A DNA stretch of 63,399 nt, counting the filler, from Craspedostauros australis (Eukaryota), in NCBI GenBank assembly GCA_030167865.1. It is 5 parts of 5 records of this genome, joined end to end, with 100 filler letters (N's around TTAATTAATTAA, not from the genome) between each part and the next. Parts side by side here need not be neighbours in the genome. Positions count along the whole stretch, not along the records: positions 33,544 to 57,022 come from JALAGF010002859.1; positions 57,123 to 61,293 come from JALAGF010002860.1; positions 61,394 to 63,399 come from JALAGF010002862.1; 2 more parts are not named here. One strand, written 5' to 3'. How positions within the stretch are numbered: the first letter of the stretch is position 1; each line of letters opens with the position of its first letter. The position numbers were made by a program, and so were the translations under genes. The notes beneath the pieces were generated by a model. It made no database searches and was not told where the DNA came from. It saw nothing but the letters and a program-made list of their open reading frames with translations. Positions 54,050 to 63,399 of the stretch are shown here, one piece after another.

Positions 54050-55801
54050 CTAGTGATCATCGTCAATTGGCCGACCCGTCTTGACCCACGCGTTGAATTG
54101 GAATTCGAATTTGAGGCGATGCAGCTCTTGCTTCTTGTAGTTCTCGTAGTGTTTCAGATCGAATCCATACCGGGCGCAGAACATCGCATCCGTGAAGGAG
54201 GTCAAAGTGCTCAATTTGGGCTGGATGTTGCCCTCCGATTGAGCGTAATGCCATCGTGGCAGCATACGGTTGTGCAACGAGGCTGCCAGATCGCGTCCGC
54301 TGACGGTACTGTTCGTCAGATATCCCATGCGGTGCAGGAATTCCACCTTGGGATGCAGGTTGCGGTCCAAACTCAATGTCAGGATGACTGGTGACGTGCG
54401 CAGCATGGAGATCGTGGCGGGCTGACCCCATGTGCTGCACAGGAACTCCACAGTTGGTTGGATGTTGTCTGTCAGGCTCGTGGAATAGACCGTGATGGCC
54501 TTGCGCAAGACAAGCGCTGCCAACGAGGCGGACCGATCCTGACCAAGGGCGTCGTTCTCAATGGCATCAAAAAATGCGATTTTCGTTTGGAGGTTGCGCA
54601 ACGACAGCTCCAGGAATTTCGGATGTCGCACAACGGATTTTTTGAGCTGCTGGGCCGTCAGCATGGTGAAGAGCAGATCCAACTTAGGTTGCAGGTTGTC
54701 TTCGATGGAGAGGTTGAATAGGTGGGAACCACGTCGCAGGAACAGCTTCGTGGTCTCCGCGCGATTCAGCTGCAGCGTGTCCATCAGGTACTCCACGCGC
54801 TGTTGCAGGTCGCCTTGCGTGGCCATCCAGGACCTTTCCGACACCGTTTCCAGGATGGCATTGATGGCTTCGTTCGTGGGTTTGCGTTGCTGACGAAGGA
54901 CGTCTTCGTCGAGCACAGATCGCAGGTAGGTCACAGAAGCATCGATCTTGGCATGGGTCCTTGCTGCTGTGGCAACGTTGCCTTCCATCTGTGTGCTGTT
55001 TGCGGGATGGAACATCCCATCAGGCGCCTCCTCCCAATAATTCTGCAGTTCTTCAGCGACCCTGGTGCTATCACGCTTGACGACGTGGGCAAGCAGCAGC
55101 TTGGGGTTGCGGTCGATGGCCTGCTGCAGCATATCCTGTCCCCACAGGTTGGCAAGAAAGTCGTAGGTCGGCTTCAGCACGACAGCGACATCCTTGCGCA
55201 GGATGCGCGGTTCTGTCTGAATGACCTTCTGCGCCACATGTGGATGACAGACAGAGGACACAAAGTCGAGAACGTCCTGCACTTGCTGTGCCGATAACCG
55301 ATCGGCAACATGGTACAGGTACGTTCGCGACTTGACCCATTCCTTCTGGATGGATGGATTGTGCGATGCACTTTCGTTCTGCGGACGCTCACTGACAAGG
55401 GAGTGTGCGTCGTCGTCTCGTGTTTGGTCGAAGTGCGAGTAGATGACATTCATGAGATGCCGCACGTTGATGTTTGCGTTGGATGGTGCCGATGGTGCCA
55501 GTGCGTCTGTCTTGGCGTCCTTCTTGGCGTCTGATGGAGCTGACTGGGATGTATCGGTGTTTGATGCCCACAATCTGGACCATTCATTCCGCGTCGGCGT
55601 GTTCACACATGTTGGGGATGGCGCCAGATGAGAGTCTGTGTGTCGGTGGATGTTCGAGTATGGATCAGTGTTTGACACCCTCCAGCGATATCGATCATGA
55701 CCATGCTGGTAGCAGTTGCTCACAAAGGTGGCCGTGGTTGTTGCTTGTGTCAGAGCAGCGACGCCCACTGAGAAGGCAAGGGCATGCCTCCCAAGCATCA
55801 T
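54050..55801 (-). CDS. mTERF-family protein, probably organelle-targeted
   Basis: Repeated P.IL.LS...NL.P.V.FL units and SLHNRMLPR. Leader ALAFSVGVAAL..AT-FVS; start could lie further upstream. Confidence 0.85.
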   Translation of the reverse strand: MMLGRHALAFSVGVAALTQATTTATFVSNCYQHGHDRYRWRVSNTDPYSNIHRHTDSHLAPSPTCVNTPTRNEWSRLWASNTDTSQSAPSDAKKDAKTDALAPSAPSNANINVRHLMNVIYSHFDQTRDDDAHSLVSERPQNESASHNPSIQKEWVKSRTYLYHVADRLSAQQVQDVLDFVSSVCHPHVAQKVIQTEPRILRKDVAVVLKPTYDFLANLWGQDMLQQAIDRNPKLLLAHVVKRDSTRVAEELQNYWEEAPDGMFHPANSTQMEGNVATAARTHAKIDASVTYLRSVLDEDVLRQQRKPTNEAINAILETVSERSWMATQGDLQQRVEYLMDTLQLNRAETTKLFLRRGSHLFNLSIEDNLQPKLDLLFTMLTAQQLKKSVVRHPKFLELSLRNLQTKIAFFDAIENDALGQDRSASLAALVLRKAITVYSTSLTDNIQPTVEFLCSTWGQPATISMLRTSPVILTLSLDRNLHPKVEFLHRMGYLTNSTVSGRDLAASLHNRMLPRWHYAQSEGNIQPKLSTLTSFTDAMFCARYGFDLKHYENYKKQELHRLKFEFQFNAWVKTGRPIDDDH

Positions 55802-56452
55802 GCTCTTCAGCTTCCAACGGCGGCTGTTTCGATCCTGTTTCCTTCGCCTCTTCGATGCATCATCCGTGGTTGTGCTCATGACCGCGCGAGTACTCGTATT
55901 CATGATCGTTGTACGTATCTGTGCGAGAATCATTGAGATTAATATTAGCACACCATGTACAATACCATCGATGCGTGGAGTCATGTAGCAGTGGTGGGTG
56001 AAGGGGGGTGGGTGTGAGCCATGTACATGATTTGATGTGCTTGCCCAATCCACAACCTCGCCGACACGCGTGTGGGAGAAGGAGTTCGTGTGGTATGTTC
56101 TTGTGTAAACACGGAACTCGGATTCATGGAAGATTTGTTTGCCGAGCGTGTTTGTCAAAGCACTTGGTGGGGCTGTCGGTGTCTTGGGCAAACACAGCCA
56201 AACACAAAGAGAGAAAGAGAGGACGCGTGCGAACAAGACAACAACACACACCACTCAACCCCATACTCGAGCACATCAACAACAGACATCGAATTGCCAC
56301 TCATATTCATCACACAGTGTATGATACGCGTACTATTACAAGCTATTGAAGACACACCATCGATATCTCTGCCATAGGCAGCTCAGACTACACACTTCCC
56401 CGACAGCTCATCCAACGTCAATCGTCTAGCAACCACCGACCATCCTCTCAAA

Positions 56453-57022
56453 ATGCCGAGTGTTACGAACAAACAACTCATTGATGCTGCCAAGGCAGGT
56501 GACTTGTCAGTGTTGAAGGAGTGGAAGAAGCAGAACAAGACGCAGAATGAAGGAGATGGTGTCAACTTCAAAACCAACGATGGTTCCACTCCCCTTCATC
56601 ATGCATGCTCCAAAGGCCGCCTGGAGTGTGCGAAGTATCTCATCAGATCATGTGAGGCAAACATCAACTGCAAAAACAACGATGGTTGGACTCCCCTTCA
56701 TGATGCATGCTACAACGACCAGCTGGAGTGTGTCAAGTACCTCATCGAATCATGTGAGGCGGACATCAACTGCAAAAGCAACCATGGTTGGACTCCCCTT
56801 CATTGGGCATGCTACAATGGCCACCTGGAGTGTGTGGAGTACCTCGTTAAATCAGCCAATGCCGATACCGACATCCAAGACAACAGCAACAAAGCACCCC
56901 TCGATGTAATCGGTGTGAAACTTGCAATCAAGATGATAAAACGTCTCGATCATCTGAGTCACCGTAACTCACAACTGCAGAAGAAGAACGAACACCTGGA
57001 ACAGCACTTGGAACGGGAGAAG
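56453..57022 (+). CDS. Ankyrin-repeat protein, 3'-partial (contig end)
   Basis: Three G.TPLH.AC..G.LEC..YL repeats, followed by a coiled coil. Confidence 0.9.
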
Positions 57023-57122
57023 NNNNNNNNNNNNNNNNNNNNNNNNNNNNNNNNNNNNNNNNNNNNTTAATTAATTAANNNNNNNNNNNNNNNNNNNNNN
57101 NNNNNNNNNNNNNNNNNNNNNN
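57023..57122. other. Artificial contig linker
   Basis: 44N-TTAATTAATTAA-44N. Confidence 0.97.
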
Positions 57123-58659
57123 TACTCGGCATTGCGGATGGTCCATCGCTTGGAAGCTTGCTGGGAAGTGTGGATGGTCGTTGACTCGGCATTGCGGATG
57201 GTCCATTGCTTGGAAGCGTGCTGGGAAGTGTGGATGGTCCTCGACTTGGCATTGTGGATGGTCCATCGCTTGGAGGTGTGCTGGGAAGTGTGGATGGTCC
57301 TCGACTCGGCATTGCGGATGGTCCATCGCTTGGAAGCGTGCTGGGAAGTGTGGATGGTCCTCGACTCGGCATTGTGGATGGCCCATCCGTCGGTACACTC
57401 GTTGGTCCTTCACTTGGCAATGCGGATGGTCGCTGGCTCGGAATTGCGGATGGTCCATTGCTTGGAAGCTGGCTGGGAAGTGTGGATGGGCCTTGACTTG
57501 GCATTGCGGACGGTCGCTTGGTCGGCAAGGATGTTGGTCCCTCACTTGGCATTACGAATGGTCCATCAGTTGGTGCAGGGGTTGGTCCTTGACCTGGGCA
57601 TGACGTTGGTCTCTGGCTTGGCAATGTTGTTGGCCCTTGACTTGGCACACTTGTCGGCGCTGTGCTCGGTGGGACGTTCGGTCCTTGGCTTGGGGAATGG
57701 CTTGGGGTCTCACTTGGAAGATCACTTGGCTTGTTGCTTGGCTGCTGGCTTGGTCGCTTGCTGGGTTGAGTGCTTGGTAGATGACTCGGTTGACTGCTTG
57801 GTCCACGGCTTGGCTGTTTGCTTGGCAAGGTGCTGGGTTGGTCGCTTGGCTGATGGCTTGGTAGAGTGCTTGGTAGAGTGCTTGGTTGATGGCTTGGCTG
57901 ATTGCTTGGCTGAAAGCTGGGTTGAGTGCTTGGTTGGTTGCTGGGTCGATCGCTTGGCGGATCACTTGGTTGAGTACTTGGGTGATCACTGGGTTGATGG
58001 CTTGGCTGATTGCTTGGCTGGTCACTGGGTTGGTCGCTTGGCTGATTACTCGGTTGATCGCTTGGCTGGTCGCTTGGTTGTGCACTTGGCTCAATGCTGG
58101 GTTGGGTACTTGGGTGATCACTGGGCTGGGCGCTTGGTTGAACACTGGCCTGCGTGCTTGGTTGATGGCTTGGTTGATGGCTCGGTTGATGGCTCGGTTG
58201 ATGGCTAGGTTGATGGCTCGGTCTGTCACTTGGCTTGGCACTTGGTTGATGGCTGGGTTGATGGCTGGGTTGATGGCTCGGTTCATCGCTGGGTGGAGAG
58301 GTGGGATTATTGCTTGGCTGGCCGCTTGGTTCGGGGCTTGGCTGTTCGCTTGGTCGACTACTCGACTTGGCGCTTGGTAGGTCTGACGGGCTATGCGATG
58401 GTTTCTCAGTCGGCGTTTCGGACGGCAGGTCGAAGGCCAATCTGGTTGGTTGCATGGTCGGATTTCCACTGGACATGTCGGATGGTTGATTGCTTGGCGC
58501 GGAACTAGGATGGGTTGATGGCGGGCATGTTGATGTTGGGCTGCTGGTGACTTGCGGAACCCCGTCTTTGTTGTTTTTTGTGTTTTTGGGGTTGCTCACA
58601 GGCACCGGGGACCCATTGGGACGCAGCGGTCGGCGTCGATTGAGCTTTCGTCGAACCAC
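57123..58659 (-). CDS. P-S-x-x repeat (mucin-like) protein, partial at both ends
   Basis: More than 500 aa of PSHQ/PSDQ/PSTL repeats with 12-bp and 60-bp nucleotide periodicity. No clear ATG. Confidence 0.6.
57124..57500. repeat. About 60-bp coding tandem repeat (PSRGPSTLPSTLPSDGPSAM)
   Basis: Successive 60-nt lines are nearly identical. Confidence 0.9.
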
Positions 58660-58963
58660 GTTTTCTGTGGTGTGTTGTGTGTATTTGGTTCACATGTGGT
58701 TATGCGACAATTTGCAAGTTTCCATTGAGCAGGTTTACATTTGGCACATGTGGGTACAGTTGGTGGTGATAGTGTTGGCGATTGTGATAATTGCAGTGGT
58801 GATGCATGCAGTGGCGGGGTGAGTGAAACAAATTGCCATTATGGATTCAGTACAGTGTGTCTAGAATCTTCGCATACCAACTGCCTTCACGGTTGTTTCA
58901 TGCAAACCGCTCCCACTTCATCCACAAACAGTATTGTGCTGCCGTGAACTCGACGGCCTCAAT

Positions 58964-59764
58964 TCACTCACTTGTCGTCATCTGTATCTCGCCGTTCTCA
59001 CTGATTTTGCGTGTCGCGAATTCACCCCGGCTGTCATCTCCCTTCATGTGTGATGCATTCGCCACGATCCCGTCGTTGGAACCTTCTTCATATTCTTCAT
59101 ACAAATCTGCACCATCATCGTCATAACCATAGTCGCCATCGCCATCGTCGTCGTCGCCACTATCATCTCCGGCTTCCATCCTGAGGAGTTCTCTCCATTC
59201 CTTGGGTCCGGAGCACGCACATGCGATTTCGTAGATCATGGTACACATCTGCGCCGGCACGTAATCGTCAAAACCGCATTCATCAGGAAGCGCGGCGTCC
59301 TGATCTTTCGCCAAAACTCCAATCACGCCACCACCAAAATCCCAACGGGAAATGTAGATGACAACCTGGGCTATGTCGGTAACGGGGTCACACGTGATCG
59401 TGATCGGGCGACCGAGAATCTCGTGGACGGATCCGAGCTCGCCTGGCTCGAAATCCTCGACGCACAAGGCTTCGCCATTGTTGTAAACGGAGAGGATGGC
59501 CAACCCAGCAAAGCCATGCTCTCGATCCTCGAAGTAGCTCTGCTTTAGGAAGAAACTGGCGGATTTTGGATCCATCGGTTGGTCGGTCGCGACGGAGATT
59601 GCCCCATCGTTTGCACGGAGAAGATCGGTTGCGATGCAGGTGCCTCTTCCAGTTGTCTTGATGCACGGAGGGTTGGAGCGGTCCAAGGATGGATATTCCA
59701 AGTGGGCGATTCTCACCGCAGCAGCGATGGGAACGGTGAGCAGGAGTGCGAGATAGAGCTTCAT
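58964..59764 (-). CDS. Secreted Cys-containing hypothetical protein with acidic tail
   Basis: Signal peptide MKLYLALLLTVPIAAA, spaced Cys ending CTMIYEIAC, and an Asp/Tyr-rich tail. Confidence 0.7.
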   Translation of the reverse strand: MKLYLALLLTVPIAAAVRIAHLEYPSLDRSNPPCIKTTGRGTCIATDLLRANDGAISVATDQPMDPKSASFFLKQSYFEDREHGFAGLAILSVYNNGEALCVEDFEPGELGSVHEILGRPITITCDPVTDIAQVVIYISRWDFGGGVIGVLAKDQDAALPDECGFDDYVPAQMCTMIYEIACACSGPKEWRELLRMEAGDDSGDDDDGDGDYGYDDDGADLYEEYEEGSNDGIVANASHMKGDDSRGEFATRKISENGEIQMTTSE

Positions 59765-60374
59765 GCTTGCGATTTTCTGTTGTTGTGCCAACACGCTGCC
59801 GAAAGCATGAGTTGATGCAAGTGAGTGGTCACACTGTCCACCTTGTTAGCACTGCCGTCCACGCCACCTCTGCTTGTGGATAGGCGGGTGGAACCAACCT
59901 GCTTGATGACCCTTGTCGCTTCATCCTGCTTCTACCTTTGATCTGGTGGTCGTTGCAGCACATGCGGTGGTAGAAGTGGTAGTGGTGGCGCTGGACGGTG
60001 CCGGTATTGACCTCTTCGGGTTGTTCATACCTTTCTTCCTCGCTGCGATAAACAACAGCAGCAGCAGCAGCAGCAGCAGCATGATCCTTCTCGATGCGAT
60101 AGTTCAATTGGCAAGGGTGTTGCAGTTCCGGGCGCTTGACTCGCACTTACAGTGCTTGTGCCTTTTCGTGTGACACATGCCAATACTCATCTGTCCGCAT
60201 GCCAAAGGAAAACCGAGAAAGCACCCTTGTGGAAATAGTGACGATCTATCGCATCAGATGCAGATACATCGATGGGGCTCTTTCGTTCATGAGAAGCCGC
60301 ACCCTGTGCGTCCGCAAAAGTTCTGTCTGTGGTCACTACTCCGCGCTTATTCATGTGAACAAGGTGATCATTGA

Positions 60375-60842
60375 TCAGTGAACTCGCCACGGAGAGATAA
60401 AACTGGATCTTGTTGCAATAAATTCGAGCTGTCGCAAGAATTCCGACAAAGGAAGATGCTCGGTGGCGATCGCATAAATCTCGTTTTCCAGACGAGCATC
60501 AGAAGAAGGAATTGAAGTCTCCCCCTTGTTGCCATACGCGTCGCACCCGAGAGGCACAAAGCAGACATTCGACTCGTGAGGAGACTTTTGATCCATCTTC
60601 TGTCGCATCGACTTCAATCTTTGTGGGACAGCGCCGGTTTTTGACGACGGCGGCCAGTGTCGAAGCCGAAGTCGGTTGTCCTGGCTCCCTGCCCGTTGGT
60701 CCGCCAGCCAAAAGGATGCATCGTCACAGTTGAAACACAAAGAAGTGACAAGAGGCTCCTCGTCGAGGACGGATGAGGGACGAGAGGGTGAGAGGAGGGA
60801 GTTGGCTGCGGAGGCTTGCGCTGATGTGTCTTCGTTGGCCAA
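60375..60842 (-). CDS. Hypothetical protein (uncertain)
   Basis: 155-aa ORF with a non-ATG start; no family recognised. Confidence 0.25.
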   Translation of the reverse strand: MANEDTSAQASAANSLLSPSRPSSVLDEEPLVTSLCFNCDDASFWLADQRAGSQDNRLRLRHWPPSSKTGAVPQRLKSMRQKMDQKSPHESNVCFVPLGCDAYGNKGETSIPSSDARLENEIYAIATEHLPLSEFLRQLEFIATRSSFISPWRVH

Positions 60843-61293
60843 GGAGAGGAGGAAGCATTTTGACTTGCCTGTCTTGTGTTGTGATACGACAGGATGCGAA
60901 TTGTCTTGTGTTCTGCCATTTTGCGATTTGATGTGTTGTTCTGTTCTGTGTGGTTCTCATCCATGCCCAGGTACACGCACACGCACACATGGACAGACGC
61001 TCACAAGCAGATTCGGACGTTATTACCGGTTATTTGAGCGTTAGACTGGGCACTTGCAGCTGAATCGTACGCAGCAGAGTAGAGACCACATGAGAGGTAA
61101 NNNNNNNNNNNNNNNNNNNNNNNNNNNNNNNNNNNNNNNNNNNNNNNNNNNNNNNNCCAGTAGGAGAGTTTGGTTTATCACTGACTCGTCGCTCTTTCTG
61201 AGCAACATGAGAGGAACAGCCTGAAGAGGCTACGATAATACTGGAGCTGCGAAATCGCGTAGTATCCGCCATGGCCGGCACAGCCTGCGTAGT

Positions 61294-61393
61294 NNNNNNN
61301 NNNNNNNNNNNNNNNNNNNNNNNNNNNNNNNNNNNNNTTAATTAATTAANNNNNNNNNNNNNNNNNNNNNNNNNNNNNNNNNNNNNNNNNNNN
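61294..61393. other. Artificial contig linker
   Basis: 44N-TTAATTAATTAA-44N. Confidence 0.97.
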
Positions 61394-61939
61394 GAATCCA
61401 TCATGACTCAAACATGACCGACCTGACTCACACCCCACCTTGGGAACTATATGCTCCTCAGATCCTTTTACTACAACTTACCTTGATTCCCTTCATGCTG
61501 ATGACTACTGCACCACTGCTGTAGTCTTAACGCGTGTATCCAACCTGCTTCAACTCAAGCAATGGAATCCGAGAACCAGCTCCAACCACAGCCACTGCTT
61601 CATGGTCGTCACTGCCATGTGCCATGATCTACACTGCAGTGTATCTACGTGTGTGGAGAGCNAGGCGCTGTAATGACTGTATACCCTGTAGCACTGAACC
61701 AAGTACATCAGTGCAGGGTCTTGCCAAGTTGTGTGACATCGTTTCTTCACCCTATTTACACCACAAGCTAACTCATAATAAACACAGACAAGGATTAGCT
61801 ACAAAGCACTCATCTACTCATCGTTACAGTAACAACTCTTCAATAAGTACACCCCTCTTGAACTGCATCACACGGCTATCCCAAAGCTGGCAGATCCAAG
61901 AGACATTCACCACCGATTCGCGCCGACTACGCTCGAATC

Positions 61940-62956
61940 CTAACTACGTTCCTTGATGCGGTCCTCCATGTCCTCTTCGTTTGCCTCCAGTTGGTCTGTG
62001 ATGGGAATGGCAACCGGGGCGTGGTCTTCGGCTGGGCTCGTGGAGGTGGTAGGGGTGTTAGATGGCGCATGCTGGTGCATCGCTGAGGCTGGTGGTGTGC
62101 GAGCAAGGCCGAAAGAAGAGGTCGATCCAATTGATTCACGAAAGTTGTCACCGGTCCGAACGAATCCTGGTTGATATGGCGCAGTCTGCTTTGCTTCATC
62201 CACAAGCTGCAACAGCTCCTCTTCATCCTGGTGGATTTCCTCTCCGCTGCGGTTGGATGTGGTGGAACTGTTGGGGTGGGGGCTGTGTCGCGGTGATCGA
62301 ACGCCCTGAGGAAAGCCGAATTCGGTCACATCGCGCTTGCCATTGACGGGCGGCCCGTCGATAGCCGTCGTGGAGGTGTGAGGGGGTGCTGGGACAGCCC
62401 CGACCTTCTGAGACAGTCTGTAGGCCATGCTGGATGAACCCGTAGCTTCTGACTCTCCGGCACCTTGCCTTGCGGATTGATCGCCCGAGAAAGGCACGGC
62501 GCCCGGTCGCAGCAGCGATGATGACGAGTTTGGTTGCTCCGATCCAATCGCACAAAAATGACCAACGCCCGGCGAGGAAGGATCGCTCGGGCGGGTCGCA
62601 GCAGCGGCACGTAGCGCTGCGGCTCTGGCCTTTGCCTTGGCATCAGCGTCAGCAGTGGAACTGAACTCGGCTGATGTGCCGTTGCGGCGGTTCCTGTCTC
62701 GGCTGATGAGCACCTGCCGACGCCGAGACGGAGGCTTCTGATCATCCGTGACATCAGCGGTGATGACGTTGTCGGTCTCGTTTCTCATCCTTTCTGGCGT
62801 CGATCTGTGCGATCCTGGGACGATGTCCACGCTTGGCAGCTGGCGATCGTCAGGGGTCTTCACATGGCTGTGGTCGTTATTGGCTGCCTTCTTGCGCCTG
62901 CCCTGTCGCTTCTTGTCATCGTCGGGGCTCTTTGTTGCTATTTGTTTGACTTCCAT
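61940..62956 (-). CDS. Hypothetical disordered protein (PGAV/PGFV-type motifs), possibly 3'-truncated
   Basis: 338-aa ATG ORF. Confidence 0.55.
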   Translation of the reverse strand: MEVKQIATKSPDDDKKRQGRRKKAANNDHSHVKTPDDRQLPSVDIVPGSHRSTPERMRNETDNVITADVTDDQKPPSRRRQVLISRDRNRRNGTSAEFSSTADADAKAKARAAALRAAAATRPSDPSSPGVGHFCAIGSEQPNSSSSLLRPGAVPFSGDQSARQGAGESEATGSSSMAYRLSQKVGAVPAPPHTSTTAIDGPPVNGKRDVTEFGFPQGVRSPRHSPHPNSSTTSNRSGEEIHQDEEELLQLVDEAKQTAPYQPGFVRTGDNFRESIGSTSSFGLARTPPASAMHQHAPSNTPTTSTSPAEDHAPVAIPITDQLEANEEDMEDRIKERS

Positions 62957-63399
62957 CGCTGATAGTATCTCCTCCTTGTTGTTGCTGTGGTGGCGGCCTT
63001 CGATGTCTCTTGACCCTGGTGTGATGTGAGACGAGTTGTGACTGATTCGGAATCAGATGTGCACAACAACTCATTCTGAGACCTCAAAGCTCTCCGGGAG
63101 AACTTCGCAACTTCGACGAAAGATGGCGGGAGGAATTGCCATTGTTGGTGTTTGGTGTTGTGTGGTGGTTTGCTTTTGTGCACGATGCCGAAACAATGCG
63201 GAAAAAGCCTGCGCAGCAGCCGATCCGCTTCGCCATCAAGTCGAACAGCGCAGTCATGTGACTTTTGACAAAAGTTTGTCACGAAGACTGCAGCGATAAA
63301 CCCACACAGAAGCCATGTATACGCATGTTGTAAGAATATTGTACCACTATGAGCTATTCTGACGGTTAAGTCTTTCTGAAGGGAGTGATTGATCACTCT

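Noticed and set aside
57123..57500. Regular 60-bp repeats resembling a CRISPR array
   Set aside because: No unique spacers, period is a multiple of 3 and encodes P-S repeats, no cas genes, eukaryotic context.

Overview
This is a eukaryotic nuclear sequence, almost certainly from a diatom. The evidence is GT-AG introns, bipartite signal+'A-F' plastid-targeting leaders, a DUF6824-type gene, P-S/T-repeat surface proteins and diatom-type retroelements. It is not one locus: four identical 100-bp artificial linkers (44N-TTAATTAATTAA-44N) join at least five contigs. Recognisable genes are an M11 (gametolysin-like) metalloprotease, Elongator ELP2, an M17 leucyl aminopeptidase, thioredoxin f, ArgJ, a flavin monooxygenase, a DUF6824 protein, a class-V PLP lyase, a BAR-like protein, an NmrA-like protein, a bacterial-type RecN, mTERF and an ankyrin protein. 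Two retroelements carry the most interesting signals. (1) A Ty1/copia (CoDi-like) element with uninterrupted ORFs has a clear -1 ribosomal frameshift cassette (G_GAU_UUU + hairpins), a half-tRNA(Met) primer site and an extra PDZ-like domain in Pol. (2) A 5'-truncated RNase H-type non-LTR retrotransposon has a 3' end with duplicated long hairpins showing compensatory base changes. All calls come from reading motifs by eye; no database search was run.
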